64,000 nt of DNA from Hyaloraphidium curvatum SAG 235-1. Its lineage: Eukaryota; Fungi; Monoblepharomycota. The position numbers and the translations under genes were made by a program. Position 1 is the stretch's first letter. The number at the start of each line of letters is the position of its first letter. The stretch lies in NCBI GenBank assembly GCA_025558095.1, contig JAIVFI010000035.1, forward strand, positions 434,001 to 498,000, in the 5' to 3' direction. Of this stretch, positions 46,232 through 58,134 are shown piece by piece. Under the pieces are notes generated by a model. That model had not been told where the DNA came from. It searched no databases and saw only the letters and a program-made list of their open reading frames with translations.

Positions 46232-47254
46232 CTACCCCCCAGAGTGTGCCCGGCGAGGAGATACTGCATCATCTCCCGAGGTAGAGGAACCCAGCATCCA
46301 ATCCATCACCAAGGGGCAGCACCGCACCACCCTGTCCCGCAGGTACGTGCAGCTCGCGGTTGCCGCATCTCGCAGCTTCCTATAATCCCCGAGCGACCGC
46401 GGCTTATACTGCTGATCTGGAGCGCCGATCTTGGCCAGTGCCTCGGCGGTGGATTTGTAGATGTAGTGGTATAGGGCCGCCGGCCCGCCGTGGGAGGGGT
46501 TGGTAAGCCACGCCCGCATGCGGGGGACGTACTCCGCCGGCGCCCCCTCGGCGTTCACCACCGTCGCCCCCGGCGTCAGCAGAGGCTGGTGGGCGTTGTG
46601 CATGCCGAGCAGGTCGCGGCAGCGCGCAAAGGTTTTCGCTGTCCGCGACGTGTTATACGACGTCGGCAAGCAGTTGGAGTAGCTCGCAAGCGTGCCCCCT
46701 CCCGGCCGTGTCTCGTGCTCCTTCCCGACCATGACGATCCAGTTCAGGTGCACCCCCGACGCATTCGGAAAGCCGTCCAGGAACGTGGGCAGCCAGGGCC
46801 GCTCCTTCCTGAGGACGACGAACTCGTCGACGTCCACGAACCCCATCCAGCCGCCCGCGGGGCAGCGCGACGCGCATCTCGCGTAGGCGCGGTGTTGCGG
46901 CGAATCGGGAAACGCGACGTTGCCGCGCGGGCCTGGCGGAACCGGCCGCACGTCGACGTCTGCGGACGCGTGCGGGAACGGCGGGCTCGAGCCGTCGTCG
47001 TAGACCAAGAACTGCGAGACGCCTATGGAGCGGTGGTAGTCGAGCCATTCGGCCGCGTCCTCGTTGGCGTTGCGGACGAGGAGGCACATCCATACCGGCG
47101 GGCCCGCGGGGTGTGCTGCTGCAGCCAAAGTTCCCGATGGCGCCGAAAGCGACTGGGGCCACAGCGCCGGGAGACCGCGGGCACGAAAAGCCAATTGAAC
47201 ACCAAAAATCCCGATGAACGCGGCGAGTCCAAGCAGGAGCTGGCGGTTTCGCAT
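46232..47254 (-). CDS. GT92/DUF23-type (GT-A) glycosyltransferase, type II membrane
   Basis: TM LLLGLAAFIGIF; EWLDYHRSIGVSQFLVYDDGS, QHRAYARC, WMGFVDVDEF, NW, LYHYIYKS. Confidence 0.85.
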   Translation of the reverse strand: MRNRQLLLGLAAFIGIFGVQLAFRARGLPALWPQSLSAPSGTLAAAAHPAGPPVWMCLLVRNANEDAAEWLDYHRSIGVSQFLVYDDGSSPPFPHASADVDVRPVPPGPRGNVAFPDSPQHRAYARCASRCPAGGWMGFVDVDEFVVLRKERPWLPTFLDGFPNASGVHLNWIVMVGKEHETRPGGGTLASYSNCLPTSYNTSRTAKTFARCRDLLGMHNAHQPLLTPGATVVNAEGAPAEYVPRMRAWLTNPSHGGPAALYHYIYKSTAEALAKIGAPDQQYKPRSLGDYRKLRDAATASCTYLRDRVVRCCPLVMDWMLGSSTSGDDAVSPRRAHSGG

Positions 47255-47456
47255 GGGCCGGGCGAGAGCCCAGCGCTCTCACGTGCAGATGAGACACGCC
47301 GCGCCGACAACGGCGCGGCCAAAAGCGTGTCTTACAGGACCTCAGCAATTCAGCTAATCCACTTTGATGCAATGCCCGTGGATTCTCCGTGAGACCAATA
47401 TGACCGTAGCAAAACTTAACATACACGACCCAAAGGTGCACGACCCCTCAGTCCCC

Positions 47457-49502
47457 TCAGTCGGTCGCGCGCAACCCTCCCGCATCCGGCACCGTCCCCA
47501 TCATCCCCGCCGCCCTCGCCAGCTCCGGATGTTGAGCCAAAAGCCCCGTCAGCACCCCCGCCGCCCGCGTCCTCAGCGCCCTCCCGGTCCGCGGCGGGTC
47601 CTCCCAGTCGAACCCGGCCAGCTTCGCCGGCTCCCAGGCAACGGGAAGGTCCTCCGGGTCGTCCAGAAATCCGGCCAGGCGAGGATCGCCGGCCTGCGAG
47701 GGCAGCTGGTAGTAGATCGCAGGGACGCCGAGGGCGATGGAGGGGAGGAGGACGTGCAGGCGGGAGGTGACGACGGCCCTGGCCGAGGCGAGGAGGGCGA
47801 GGCGCGCTTCGGCGGCGGGGAAGTACTGCCACGGCTTCGTAAAGCCTCCGAATGTTCGCCCCGGGAGGTCCTGCGCCACCCAGACGACCAGCGGGTGCAG
47901 GTGCGTGGGGATGAGCGAGGCGATCCCAGCCGTGTCGTGGCGGAAGGAGGTGTTGGCCGCAACGATGGGTGCGGGAAAGGCGCGGTGGAGGTGCGGTCGG
48001 CGAAGGGAGAGGGTGAGGCAGTACGAGTGGAAAGCATCGAGGCCCGCCGAAGACAGGCGCTCGGCGGAGGTGCGGTCGCGGGTAGGGACGGAGTGCGAGC
48101 CCCGGAAGCTGGAAACGAGCGGTTCGGTGGGGATGGTGTTCGACAGATGGGCGGCGATCCAGAAGGGGCGCCAGTTCGGGGGCAGAGGCCATGGTACGAC
48201 TTCCGGGCCTGTGCAGGGGATCCGCTTGCCGTTCTCATCGTGGCAGAGGTGGACCAGCTTGCCCGAGCGGGCGTCGACATATTGCCGCGGCTTCCAGAAA
48301 GCGTTTCCGACGAAGTTGATCTCGGTCGCGTTCGTGATGGGCGCCAGGAGAGCCGGGTGTGGGAGCACCTCGTGGTTGTCGCGCTCGGCAAAGGCGTCGA
48401 CGCGGGGCAGAAAGGCCGCGGCCGTGAGGGATTGCACCTCATCTCCAAGGTTGCTCGTCCTGTAGGCCAGAACGGCCCATACCCTGGCGCGGCCGCCCAT
48501 CCACCCCGGCAGCACGCGGCAGGAGCGGAAAGCCGGCACGTCGTCGGCCGGGGGTGTGCCGGAGCGCAAGTCACCGGTGTGGGTCCGGAGTATGTCCGCG
48601 AGCTGCGATCCGGGCTGGATGGCTCCGAAAAGGGAGATGCGGCGGCAGTCTACCGTCGAGACCCCCGCCGAAGGCGGATCGACCGGAGCTGACGAGTTGC
48701 GGCACACATCACCGACAGCCACGGGTGCATCAAGCATGCAGATGGAATTGCAGAGCTGATTCGCGGAGGCCGAGGCGCAGCCCGCTTCGGTCCACCAATT
48801 GGCGAGGAGGTCGCCCGCTGTTTCCATGCACAGTCCCTCGTTCATCATGCACGCGTGCAGCGCCGCGGCCATGTGTTCCATGATTGCCCAGACTGCCTTG
48901 GAGCGGGGCTTGGACGCGATCAGCACCGCCGGGTGAGGGGTACGCTTCGGCGCCCCGAGCCGGTGCGGCACGGCCAGCTCCCATCCGGCCTGACAACGGC
49001 CCGTCAAGGCGTTGAGATCGAGTCCGTGTCGCCACAAGGTGCCAGCCTGGGCCGCCGTGCCGCCCGAGGTCCACACCGAGGCCAGCTGTGCGGCGAGCTC
49101 CAGCTGTTGTGGGAACAGGGGCCCGGCCGCCACGCGCCACAGGGAGCCGGATCGCGCCGTGGCAATCATCGGCGTGCCGTGCAGCACATGGAGCGCCGCA
49201 AAATCGCGGAAATGCAGCGGGGCGGCGCCGGCAAGCGAGCGTGTCGCGGCCGACGCCGGGGCAGGGGAGAGCAGAACGGCGGGGCCGCGAACCGCCCGTG
49301 CCAGAGACGCAGCCGCCGCCACGTCCACGCAGCCCAGTTCGTCCACTGCCGCGCGCACCGCGATGGAGGCCCCGATCCCCGGGGACAGCCCCTCGCCGCT
49401 TGCCGCCGCGCCGCCCGCACGCCGCGCCGCCCCGAAGCCGGCGGCACCCGCTGCCAGCGCGACGGCGACCAGCCGCAGGAACGACGCCATGCCGCGCGCC
49501 AT
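47457..49502 (-). CDS. Polysaccharide pyruvyltransferase with an additional ~330-aa N-terminal domain and signal/anchor
   Basis: SNLGDEVQS, TRDRTSAERL, SYCLTL, VVTSRLHVLLPSIALGVP. Confidence 0.85.
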   Translation of the reverse strand: MARGMASFLRLVAVALAAGAAGFGAARRAGGAAASGEGLSPGIGASIAVRAAVDELGCVDVAAAASLARAVRGPAVLLSPAPASAATRSLAGAAPLHFRDFAALHVLHGTPMIATARSGSLWRVAAGPLFPQQLELAAQLASVWTSGGTAAQAGTLWRHGLDLNALTGRCQAGWELAVPHRLGAPKRTPHPAVLIASKPRSKAVWAIMEHMAAALHACMMNEGLCMETAGDLLANWWTEAGCASASANQLCNSICMLDAPVAVGDVCRNSSAPVDPPSAGVSTVDCRRISLFGAIQPGSQLADILRTHTGDLRSGTPPADDVPAFRSCRVLPGWMGGRARVWAVLAYRTSNLGDEVQSLTAAAFLPRVDAFAERDNHEVLPHPALLAPITNATEINFVGNAFWKPRQYVDARSGKLVHLCHDENGKRIPCTGPEVVPWPLPPNWRPFWIAAHLSNTIPTEPLVSSFRGSHSVPTRDRTSAERLSSAGLDAFHSYCLTLSLRRPHLHRAFPAPIVAANTSFRHDTAGIASLIPTHLHPLVVWVAQDLPGRTFGGFTKPWQYFPAAEARLALLASARAVVTSRLHVLLPSIALGVPAIYYQLPSQAGDPRLAGFLDDPEDLPVAWEPAKLAGFDWEDPPRTGRALRTRAAGVLTGLLAQHPELARAAGMMGTVPDAGGLRATD

Positions 49503-50206
49503 CGCGACGGCCGGCCCGATTATCCCGCTGCTGCGGATTAAGGGACTTTGGTCCCGGATCCGACTGGGGACTGCCCGGCGCCGCGTCAGCCTTCCTCCTC
49601 GCCGTGGCTGCGGTCTTTTCCTTGTCGGGTTTTGCCACTATGCCGCCGCCCGCGGTGGGCTGGCGGGCGGGCGCTTCCCGGGTCGGGGGGCAAGGATGGG
49701 GACGCAGGCTTCAAACCCCTCTTCTCCGGGGACGCCCTAAGTGCTGCGAACGTTCATCGCGGTTTGAAGTGCCTCCTCAACGCCGCGATGCACCGCGCAG
49801 CCTTGGAGGGGCGTCCGCTGCGTCTGGGCGTCGAGGGCGGCTCGCTCGTCGCCCCGTCCCCAGATGGGTTCCCCGCACTGCTCGCGTGGATGCTGTGTGA
49901 CAGGCCCGGAACCCCGTTGCACCTTCCGCACCCGTAGCCTGAGCTTGTGGTCCGACAGCGCGTCGTGCAGCTGCCGAGGGGGGGGGATGGATGGCCACGC
50001 ACTGCTGAACCTGACCACCAGCGGCATCGGCGTGGAGATCGCGGGGACGGCAGCGTTTGCGCTGCCGCGGCCCGACCGCGGATCGGCGGATGCTGGTGTC
50101 GCCGGGTAGTCTGTGGCTCTCGTTTGGTTGGCGGATTGTCCACGAGTTGTTGTGGGAGAGAGAAGGAAAGAGTCTGTTTTGCTCTTCCCTGTCCACGCAA
50201 ACAGCC

Positions 50207-51228
50207 TCAAACGGGTCCGGGAGAGCGCGCGTCCGGATGCCGCCGAAAGACCCTCTCGAACTCGACCACCTCCGTCCCGTTCCCGCCGCCAAAGTCCGCC
50301 TCGGTCCACCCCATCTCGCGGAACGCCGCTGCGAATTCGGCGTTCCACGCCTCCATCAGAGGGTCCTGTACCCCGCAAAAGTCCCGCGACTCGGAATGGG
50401 GCGCGCAGGGTCCCCACGGCTTGAAGTTGCCCGCAAAATGGACCACCCTGGGCCCGCCCGGCCCGGGGTAGCCCGGCAGGTTGCGGAGCTTGAAGATGTA
50501 GTTGTAGGGCGAGGGTACCCACACGCCCGCGAAGGAAAACTCGCGCACGAGGAAGGGCTGGTCGCCCATGTCGAGGGCGGGGTAGGACGCCGCACGTTCC
50601 AGCAGGGAACGGAAGCCGTCCTCGCCCGTCGGCGTGATCCAAAAGACGCCGGCCTGTGGGGGGTACCCCGTGAGCGGGGGACGTGAGCGGGGGACGCGCA
50701 GGAAACCGAAACGGCAAACCGGCCCACATTGAAATGCCCCGTCAGGCTCTCGTTGTACGGCGGCACGGGTGTTTTGCTCGGCGCGAGCACGGCAGCGAGC
50801 GGCGCGCCCGATGCCCGCAGCACGCGGAACGGCACATCGATCTCGCCCATCAGGAACGCGTCGGCATCCATGTACGCCACGGCGGCGTACTGCTGCAGCT
50901 TCCATATGTGCAGCTTGACCAGCATGTCTTTCCAGCGCGGGTGGACGCGCTGCGGGAACGGCACCGCGGACACGTCCGCCGCGCGCCAGCCGGCCTGCGC
51001 GAGCATCGCCCTGTGCCGCTCGCTCAGAGTGTTCCCGGGGGGAACCAGGGCCAGCCGGTCGCGCCCGGGCGAGTGCCGCCGCAGCGTCCGCGCGAGGACC
51101 GCCGCCCCGGCGACGAAACCGGGCGAGGTCACCAGGGTCGCCACGGCCTCGCGCGGCGGCGTGACCACGTACGGGGCGAGCCAGGCGCCCGTCAGAAGGG
51201 CCGCCGCCGCGGCGAGGGCGCGCTTCAT
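50207..51228 (-). CDS. GT8 glycosyltransferase copy A3 (one intron, inverted relative to A1/A2)
   Basis: Same motifs and the same FN|AGVF intron position as A1/A2. Confidence 0.9.
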
Positions 51229-51589
51229 GGACCCCTTGTGAGGATTCGTTGCACGGGCTCGACAAAGCAACTTCGACCCCTGCGTCTGGAGCCTGTTGCC
51301 ACCAATCGCGACGTACAAAACAAGATACGGGATGATGTGAAAAGCCAGGAATCACGATGGTCGCCTTGCCGATAGCGGATAGTGACCTTGTTGTGGGGTT
51401 CGTAGTGGGGGCCGAGGATGATGACTGCGGCACGGGTGACAGCCGACTTGAATGCCGCGTTGGCCGAAGTGCGGGCTTCGGGGCTGGATGCTTCGGAGCT
51501 GGAGACGTAGTTGCCCTCGAGCGCACTGGCGCTATGGCAGGATGCCAGGTTGGGCCATGCCGGGGGCCAGAGCCGTCGGCTCTCTCGCG

Positions 51590-52099
51590 CGCGGAGGCGC
51601 GGAGCTCGCGTCGATCTCTTCACCGCCAGGTCGAGCTGCTGCTCCGGAAAGACAGCCAGGCGCGGGCCATCTGGCTGAGCGTCAAGGCAGCGGAAGCCGG
51701 TGCTGCCTTGGATTCTTCATCCTCGACAAGGACATGTCAATGGACAACGACACAACTCGGGACGAGATGTCGTATCGGCTGGGGCTGCCGCCCGCCTGGT
51801 GGGTGGCTCTCGTGGCCGCTGGATCGTTCAAGTGCCCCGTGTGGGGCGCTACAAGCCCTGGCTTCCCTGCGGGCTGTTTGCCAAGTCGGAACCCTTCTGT
51901 GCGGAGCCGCATCCGGCGATGCGGCGGTGGTGGGACCCGTTCGCGTCGGCGCGCGCGCGAGCTGCGCCTGGAGCCCGCGGATTTCGCCGATTCGACGGGG
52001 GAGTGCCAGGTGCTGTTTTTGGACCTGATGAACGGTGGTGGGGGGCTGCTCGGAGGCAGGCCGGGGGCGGAAAAGGCGCGGGATGCGGGCCGGCGGTAG
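51590..52099 (+). pseudogene. Degenerate inverted copy of the GT8-B 3' end
   Basis: RYKPWLPCG..EPFCAEPHPAMRRWWD..ELRLEPADFADSTGECQVLF matches the 41873 gene; frameshifted, 5' part eroded. Confidence 0.8.
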
Positions 52100-52510
52100 C
52101 ACGGCCCTCGGTGCTGCACAACCACTCGCGCACCGCCGGCGCCGATAGGGAGCGGCGGCGGCGGCTGTGGGTGAGTGGTTCCGGGTGGGACGGACCCTGT
52201 TTCCCTCGTTGCCGTCCCTGTAGGAGGCGCATCCCCAGGACATACTGCAGCCCATTCGTGCCCAGTTGCTGCGCGCCCTTGTCGAAATGCAAGACGATCG
52301 ATGCACCGTGCCAGGAAAGGGACGAAGGGCGGCCGGACCTCTCTGTGCCACCTCGGCTTCCAACCATGATTCCCATAGACTATGTGTGTGTCTACCAGAC
52401 ATCCATCAGGCACTTGAGTCTCGGTTAGTCAAAAGGTAAAGAGCGCTCGAGGTCAGTGCGTCAGAGCTAGCGCTGGCCCGCGAGGACCCGACGCTCGCCT
52501 TTTGCTCCAG

Positions 52511-54784
52511 ATGCGAGCCGTTCGGGGCGCCCGTGGGGCCCTTTCCACCCTCAGCGGGCCTCGCCATTGCGTAGAATCACCCCGTACCTCGGTTTTGCGT
52601 CCCGCGGCCGGCTTGCGGGCGCGCGATGGCGGCCGAAAAGGCGCGCCGGCCGCGGCCGGAGCACGCGGATCTTCACCCGCTCCCGGGCCGTCCCGCGTCC
52701 TGTCGCACCGGGAATTCTCCAAGCTCACCGATGCGGCACGTGCCGAAGGCTTGGCGCGGTTCGCGGTGGTATTGGAACGCGCGGGGAGGGCCAAAGTCCG
52801 CGGGCCGCAGACCGCAGACGCTGTCTGGGACGCGTACTCGGCGCTCGGGTCCGCTCGTGGCCTGGCAGCAGCGCAGATCGACGACGCAGTGCACTTCCTG
52901 ACGGTACACGCCAATCACGTGGAGTCGCAGGCCCGCAGGAGCCGGCTCCGAGACGCCGAAGCGGACGCGAACACGGCCGCGCTCCTGGAGGAGGCGGCGT
53001 GGAGAACGAGGACGCTGCTTGCCGATGCCGCGCAGGCGGGGCTTGCGGTCTCGGAGACGGCGCTGCTGCGGCTCGTCCAGACCAGCGCTCCCACCCTGAC
53101 GTGGGTTTCTCGAGGCCAGCCGTTGCACCTTGTCTGAGCGCTCGTCGCCCGTTCCAGCACCTTTTCAGCCTGTCTCTCCCTCTCCCATTTCATCCGGACC
53201 GAGTGCGGGGCGCCCCTCACCGTGCCCATCGTAAACAGGCTCCTGCACGCCCCGGCACACGCCGGCAACTACACCGCCTTCCTTCGCCTCCTGCACGGCG
53301 CCTTCTCCGCCGATGGCGCCCTTCCTCCCACACACGTCACCCTCAACGTCTTTCTGAGCGCCGTTGCCGAGGCATCCGAGGCCAAATCGGAGGACCTGAA
53401 GGGCTACCGCCGCGGCGCTCACGACGCCGCGGACCTGGCGATCCCCGCCTGGTCCGTGGGCAAGGACCGCGCGCAGTTCCGGTTCCAGAACCCGGACACG
53501 CACATACCTGACCGGTTCGAGACGGACGCCGACCCCGCCGGCTCCCTGCGCGAGTACCTGGCCGCGCAGAAGGCGCCGATCCCGTTCTTGGAGCTGTGCC
53601 GGCCCTGGATGCAGCGAGGGAGGTTCACCCCCGCGCGGAAAGCCCTCCGCATCCTCGCGTACGCGGTTGGGCAGCACCGGGAAGGCAGGACGGACGCGCT
53701 CAGCCCCGGGATGCTGACGTCTCTCGTGCGGGCGCTGGCCATGTGGGGACACCCTCGGCTCGCCCGCGCCGCCGTCGACGTCCTGACCGCCGAACCTTAT
53801 TCCATCATGCCGGACGTGGCGACAGTGGAGGTCCTGCTGCGCGACGCCGGGCTTCGCCGGAACGCGGACGACGCCGCCTCGGTCGCCGAGCTCGCCCGCC
53901 GGCTGGGCTTCCCCCCGACCGCCGCCTTCCTCAACTCGGTCATCCACGCCTACAGCGCCGCCGGCCGGATCGAGAAGGTGATGGGCGCCATCGAGGAGTT
54001 TGCCAAGGCCGGGATCAGGCCCGACGAGGCCACGGGGATGGGCCTCATCGAGGCGACGTTCGCGGCCAACCCTGCGCTGTCGGCCGAGGGAGCGGAAAAG
54101 GCGCTGCTGGCGATGCGGGAATCGCTGACCGTCACCGTGCGGCACTGGAACAAGGCGATGAGCCTGCTCGCGCAGAAAGGGGACCTGGCGGAGGTGGTGG
54201 CGATGCGGCGGAGGATGCCGCCCGACTTGGCGCCCACGGATGTCACCCTGGACATCCTCTTAGGGGCACATGCTAAAGCTGGCGACACCACTGGGTGCTT
54301 GGAAGCCATGAAGGAGCACCCTGAGGAGCTCTTGGGGCTGAAAGACACCTGGTTCGCCGCTCTGGAGGGGCTAGCCAAAGGCTTGGACAAGGCTGCGGGC
54401 GTTGGGGATGCCTTTTACGCCCTGGCTCGCGCCGTGCTCGACCGGAAGGTCATCAACACCGCCGATCTGCCCGAATCCGCAGCCGACGTGCCCTTTGCGG
54501 GCCTTCGACCCCCGCCTCTGGACGACGCCCTCCTCGCCAAGATCCTGGACTGGGCGCGAGGCTTCCTCCCCGACGACCCGCGCAAATACTCGCTGGAGGA
54601 CCGGGGCAGGGAGCTCCTCGCGCGGCGCGGCGTCGATCCGGAGGGGCTGGACGGGCAGGGGCTGTACAGGGCCGCGAAGAGGCTGGCGGTGCTGGGGCCG
54701 CCGCGGGGCGAGCGGCGGCGCGGCAGGGCGGGGGAAAGGGCGGAGCCGCGGGAGATGTGGCAGAAGGCCCGTCCTCGCTATTGA
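52511..54784 (+). CDS. PPR-like protein paralog B (intron ~53101-53157)
   Basis: Presequence MRAVRGARGALS; LGFPPTAAFLNSVIHAYSAAG, GIRPDEAT, LAPTDVTLDILLGAHAKAG. Confidence 0.8.
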
Positions 54785-54941
54785 TCTTGGCCGATCGGTG
54801 TAGGTAACGGTCCGTGAATCGACTTGATCAGCTTGACTTACGATTGCTTTGTTGACTTGTCCGTCCGCCTCCGACCTCCCTCTCTCCTCATGGTTCATGC
54901 CCGCCGCGTGGACGGTACGATGGGCATTCCGCCGCCGGACA

Positions 54942-56564
54942 ATGCTATTTGCCATGCTGGACGGGCCTGCGGCCCCTCCGCGGACCCCCTGCCGTGCCGT
55001 TTGGTCGCCGCCGCCGCGATCCTTTGCCGGCCTGGCGCCGCGGCGCGGTCCCATCTCGGGGGCGATTTCCCCTCCTTTGACGGGCTATCGGGTCGAAATG
55101 ATTGGAGGACGTGTTCGGAACCTCTCTCTGGCGGTGGAGCTCGCCGATTCCGGCTCCCATCCCCCGGCCGAGCGCACGGACGCCGTCGCGGACCTCGCCG
55201 CCGCCCTCCTGCGAGCCAACGAATCCGTGCGGACGACGCAGGCGCTCGCCGACGAATGCTGGGACCTCTTTCTCCGCGCCGGGACCACGCGGGAACTGAC
55301 CGACGCCGAGGCGCACGACCTCGCGTACGTCCAGGCGTGGCCGGTGCTGGGGCTCAAGGAGACCAGGAAAGAGGCCAGGGAGCGGGGCGAGGCGACGCAT
55401 TTGGTCGTGGAGCGCGCGTGGAGGGCGGACACGGCGGCGTGGGAGGAGGCGGCGGGACGGTTGAGGAGGCTGATAAGGGACATGGCGGCGGTGGGGCATC
55501 CGGTGCTGGGGCAGGTGACCATGTGGTTCGTGCAGCTCAGCGAGCCGACCGTCACGTGAGTCTCCGCGTTCGATCCTCAATGGTGAGTCGCCTGACCCGG
55601 CTTCCCGCGCAGCACCTACGCCAGGTCGCGCGAGCTGGTCTACTTCCTCTCCTCTGAGTGCCGCCTCTACCTCGACGCCTTCAACGTCACCGCCCTGATC
55701 CGGAAGCACGCCCAGCTGGGTAACTACCCCGCCGCCGCGTGCCTGCTCCACGACATGATCCTCAAGAACCCGGGGATGGAGCCCAACGAGGGGCTTGTGG
55801 CGACGCTGCTCAAGGCGGTCTGGTCCGCCAAGGTCGAGGCGTCGGAGGATTTGCCGCACTATCCCGTCGCCGTGGACCGGGCCGGCGATTTGCTTTTGGC
55901 ACCACGGACGAAGCTGGGGAAGGGGCTCGCGGCCGTGCTGGTGCCCCAGGCCCGGGCGGCGGCGGCCCTGGAGGCCGCCTATTTGCGGTCCTGTCCGCTC
56001 CCCCGCGGCCGGGAACCGGACTTCTTTCTCGAACCTGACGTTGCGCGACTCGTTGCCGACATTGAGGCGAACCCAGACGAGGGCCCGGCGATCGTCAAGC
56101 GTTTCCTGGACTCGCTGAACGCCGTCTCGTTGTTGGACCTCGTCGCGCACGATTCCGAGCCCGTGTCGCGGGTGAAGAAGACCCTCGAAATCTACGCCGT
56201 CGCCGTGCGCGCCGAGACCGGCTTCGTCGGCCTGGCGCAGGGCAAGTTCGCCGCCGAGATCGCCACGCGCCACAGGCCGCTGGCGGTGGCCGCGCTCTCG
56301 GCCGCCTTCGAGCTGGGCGTCGAGCCGGACGCGGCTAGCGTGGAGAGGGTGGTCCGCGCCGACGGACGGTGTTCGGCCCCGCTGATGCGGGCCATTTTGA
56401 AGGGCGGCATGCCGCCGCCGCCGGGGGTGTGCGAGGTGCTCCTGCCACAGCTGGTGAAACATGGACATGATGGGCTGGCGGGGGAGGCGGCGAGAGTGAT
56501 GGTGGCGGCCGGCATGGAGGTACCGGCCACCGTCAAGAACCGGCTTTGGAGCGGCGGGAAGTAG
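54942..56564 (+). CDS. PPR-like protein paralog C (intron ~55556-55612)
   Basis: TYARSRELVYFLSSECRL..GNYPAAACLLHDMILKNPGMEPNE aligns with paralogs A and B at the same intron; start codon uncertain. Confidence 0.65.
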
Positions 56565-56801
56565 CTGATCTGGTCCTCATGTACGAGGAAGGGAAATGCC
56601 GGTTCGACAATGATCCTTCGCGTTTGACGGCCTTAGACACACTTCCTGACGCCGTTCCAGGCCAATGGCCGTAGACCACTATGACGGTCGGAGACCGACT
56701 GCATTTACGTAGACCAAAGCTTCCCTTTCGGTGAGTAAAAGTAACCGGCCTCCTTCCCTCTGAGACGGCCCCACGACTTTCCGAGTTCCCCCGGCGCAGA
56801 G

Positions 56802-57781
56802 ATGAGCTGGTAGGCAGTCGAGTGGCCTTTCGAATGCCTCTGTATCTGTCTCAAACGCGCGGCTCCCGCCAGGTCCGGCTTCGTCAAGGTAGCTTCGCCC
56901 TGGTCCGACTACGACGCGCTGACCGTTCCCGGCAGGCCGTCAACCGCACGACGGCCACGCTGCTGCAGACCACCGGCGCGATCGACAAGACCGTCGACGC
57001 GTCGTTCGACGCCGAGGCCGCGCGGCTCGCCACCCTCCGCGCGCGGCTGGACCGCCTCCTCCGCGACGCGCGCGCCCTTTTGGACGCCCTCGCGGCGCTC
57101 TCTGCGGCGCACGTCCGCGCGGCCGAGGCGCTCGAGCCGTTCTACGCCGACGTGGCGTTCCCCGCCGACGCGCTGCCCGCCGGCCCGGCGCTGGCCGCCG
57201 CGCTGCGCCGCCTCGAGTTCGAGCGCGCAGAGGCCGACCGCGAGGTGCGCGCCGCGCTGGTGGCGCCGCTCGAGGGGCTCGGGTCGCTGCTGTCGGACCT
57301 GGAGGCGGGCGTGGACAAGCGGGGGAGGAAGCTGCTGGACTTCGACGCAGCCAGGACGCGCGCGAGGAAGGCGCTCGAGAAGGAGGGGCTCTCCGAGGCC
57401 GCGGCCGCCGAGGCCGTCGACGCTTTCCTGCAGGAGGGCGGCACGGGGTCGCCGCTCGCGAGCCCGCCGCCTTCGCCCGTCCCGGGCAGCCCGCCGCCGC
57501 CGCCGTCGGCCGGGAAGCTGAGCAAAACGCAGGCGCAGCTGGCGCAGGCGTTCCAGGCCTACGCCAAGTGGAACGGCCTGCTGCTGGCCGAGCTGCCCAG
57601 GATCTTTGCGCTGCGGGCGCCCTACGCGGATCCGGGGCTGGGAGCGGCGGTCGAAGCCGTGAGGCTGTTTGCCGCCGCGTCGGCGGCCGTGCTGCAGCGG
57701 GTTGCGGACGGCGAACAGGACGACTTTGCGGCCATCGAGGCCGAGATGGGCGACCTGGCCATCTGCGCCGGCAAGCCGTGA
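56802..57781 (+). CDS. RVS161: BAR-domain amphiphysin-like protein; exons 56802-56809, 56873-56888, 56936-57781
   Basis: Spliced N-terminus MSWSGFVKAVNRTTATLLQTTGAIDKTVD matches the Rvs161/Hob3 pattern; KRGRKLLDFDAAR; no SH3 domain. Confidence 0.8.
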
Positions 57782-58134
57782 CCAACGTGCCTCGACAGCT
57801 TTTTCGATTCGGCAGGAAGCCAGAACACGCCCCCCCCCGCTCAGATCTTGGACTTGCCCACCGCGGCCACAACCATGATCTTACCATCGTTGTCTGAATG
57901 GGCCTTGATTGCCACGGCGCGTCGTCGGGTCTGCATCACGTCCCAGCCACGTTGATGGCGACGCCGCTGGGGAGGAGGAGGCCGAGTTGGCATTGGCGGT
58001 CGAGGGAAAGCGTCACTAGAGCGTGATGAGAGTACATTCGTGAACGATACATTACAGTTTATCTCCGATACCCCGTCTATAGCCAACCAAGTCCCAAGTC
58101 CAACCGTGTTTCAGAGCCAGACGAAGCCGCATAA

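Noticed and set aside
36177-52099. Bacterial contaminant capsule/EPS operon
   Set aside because: The genes have spliceosomal introns, mixed orientations, N-terminal membrane anchors and interspersed eukaryotic retroelements.
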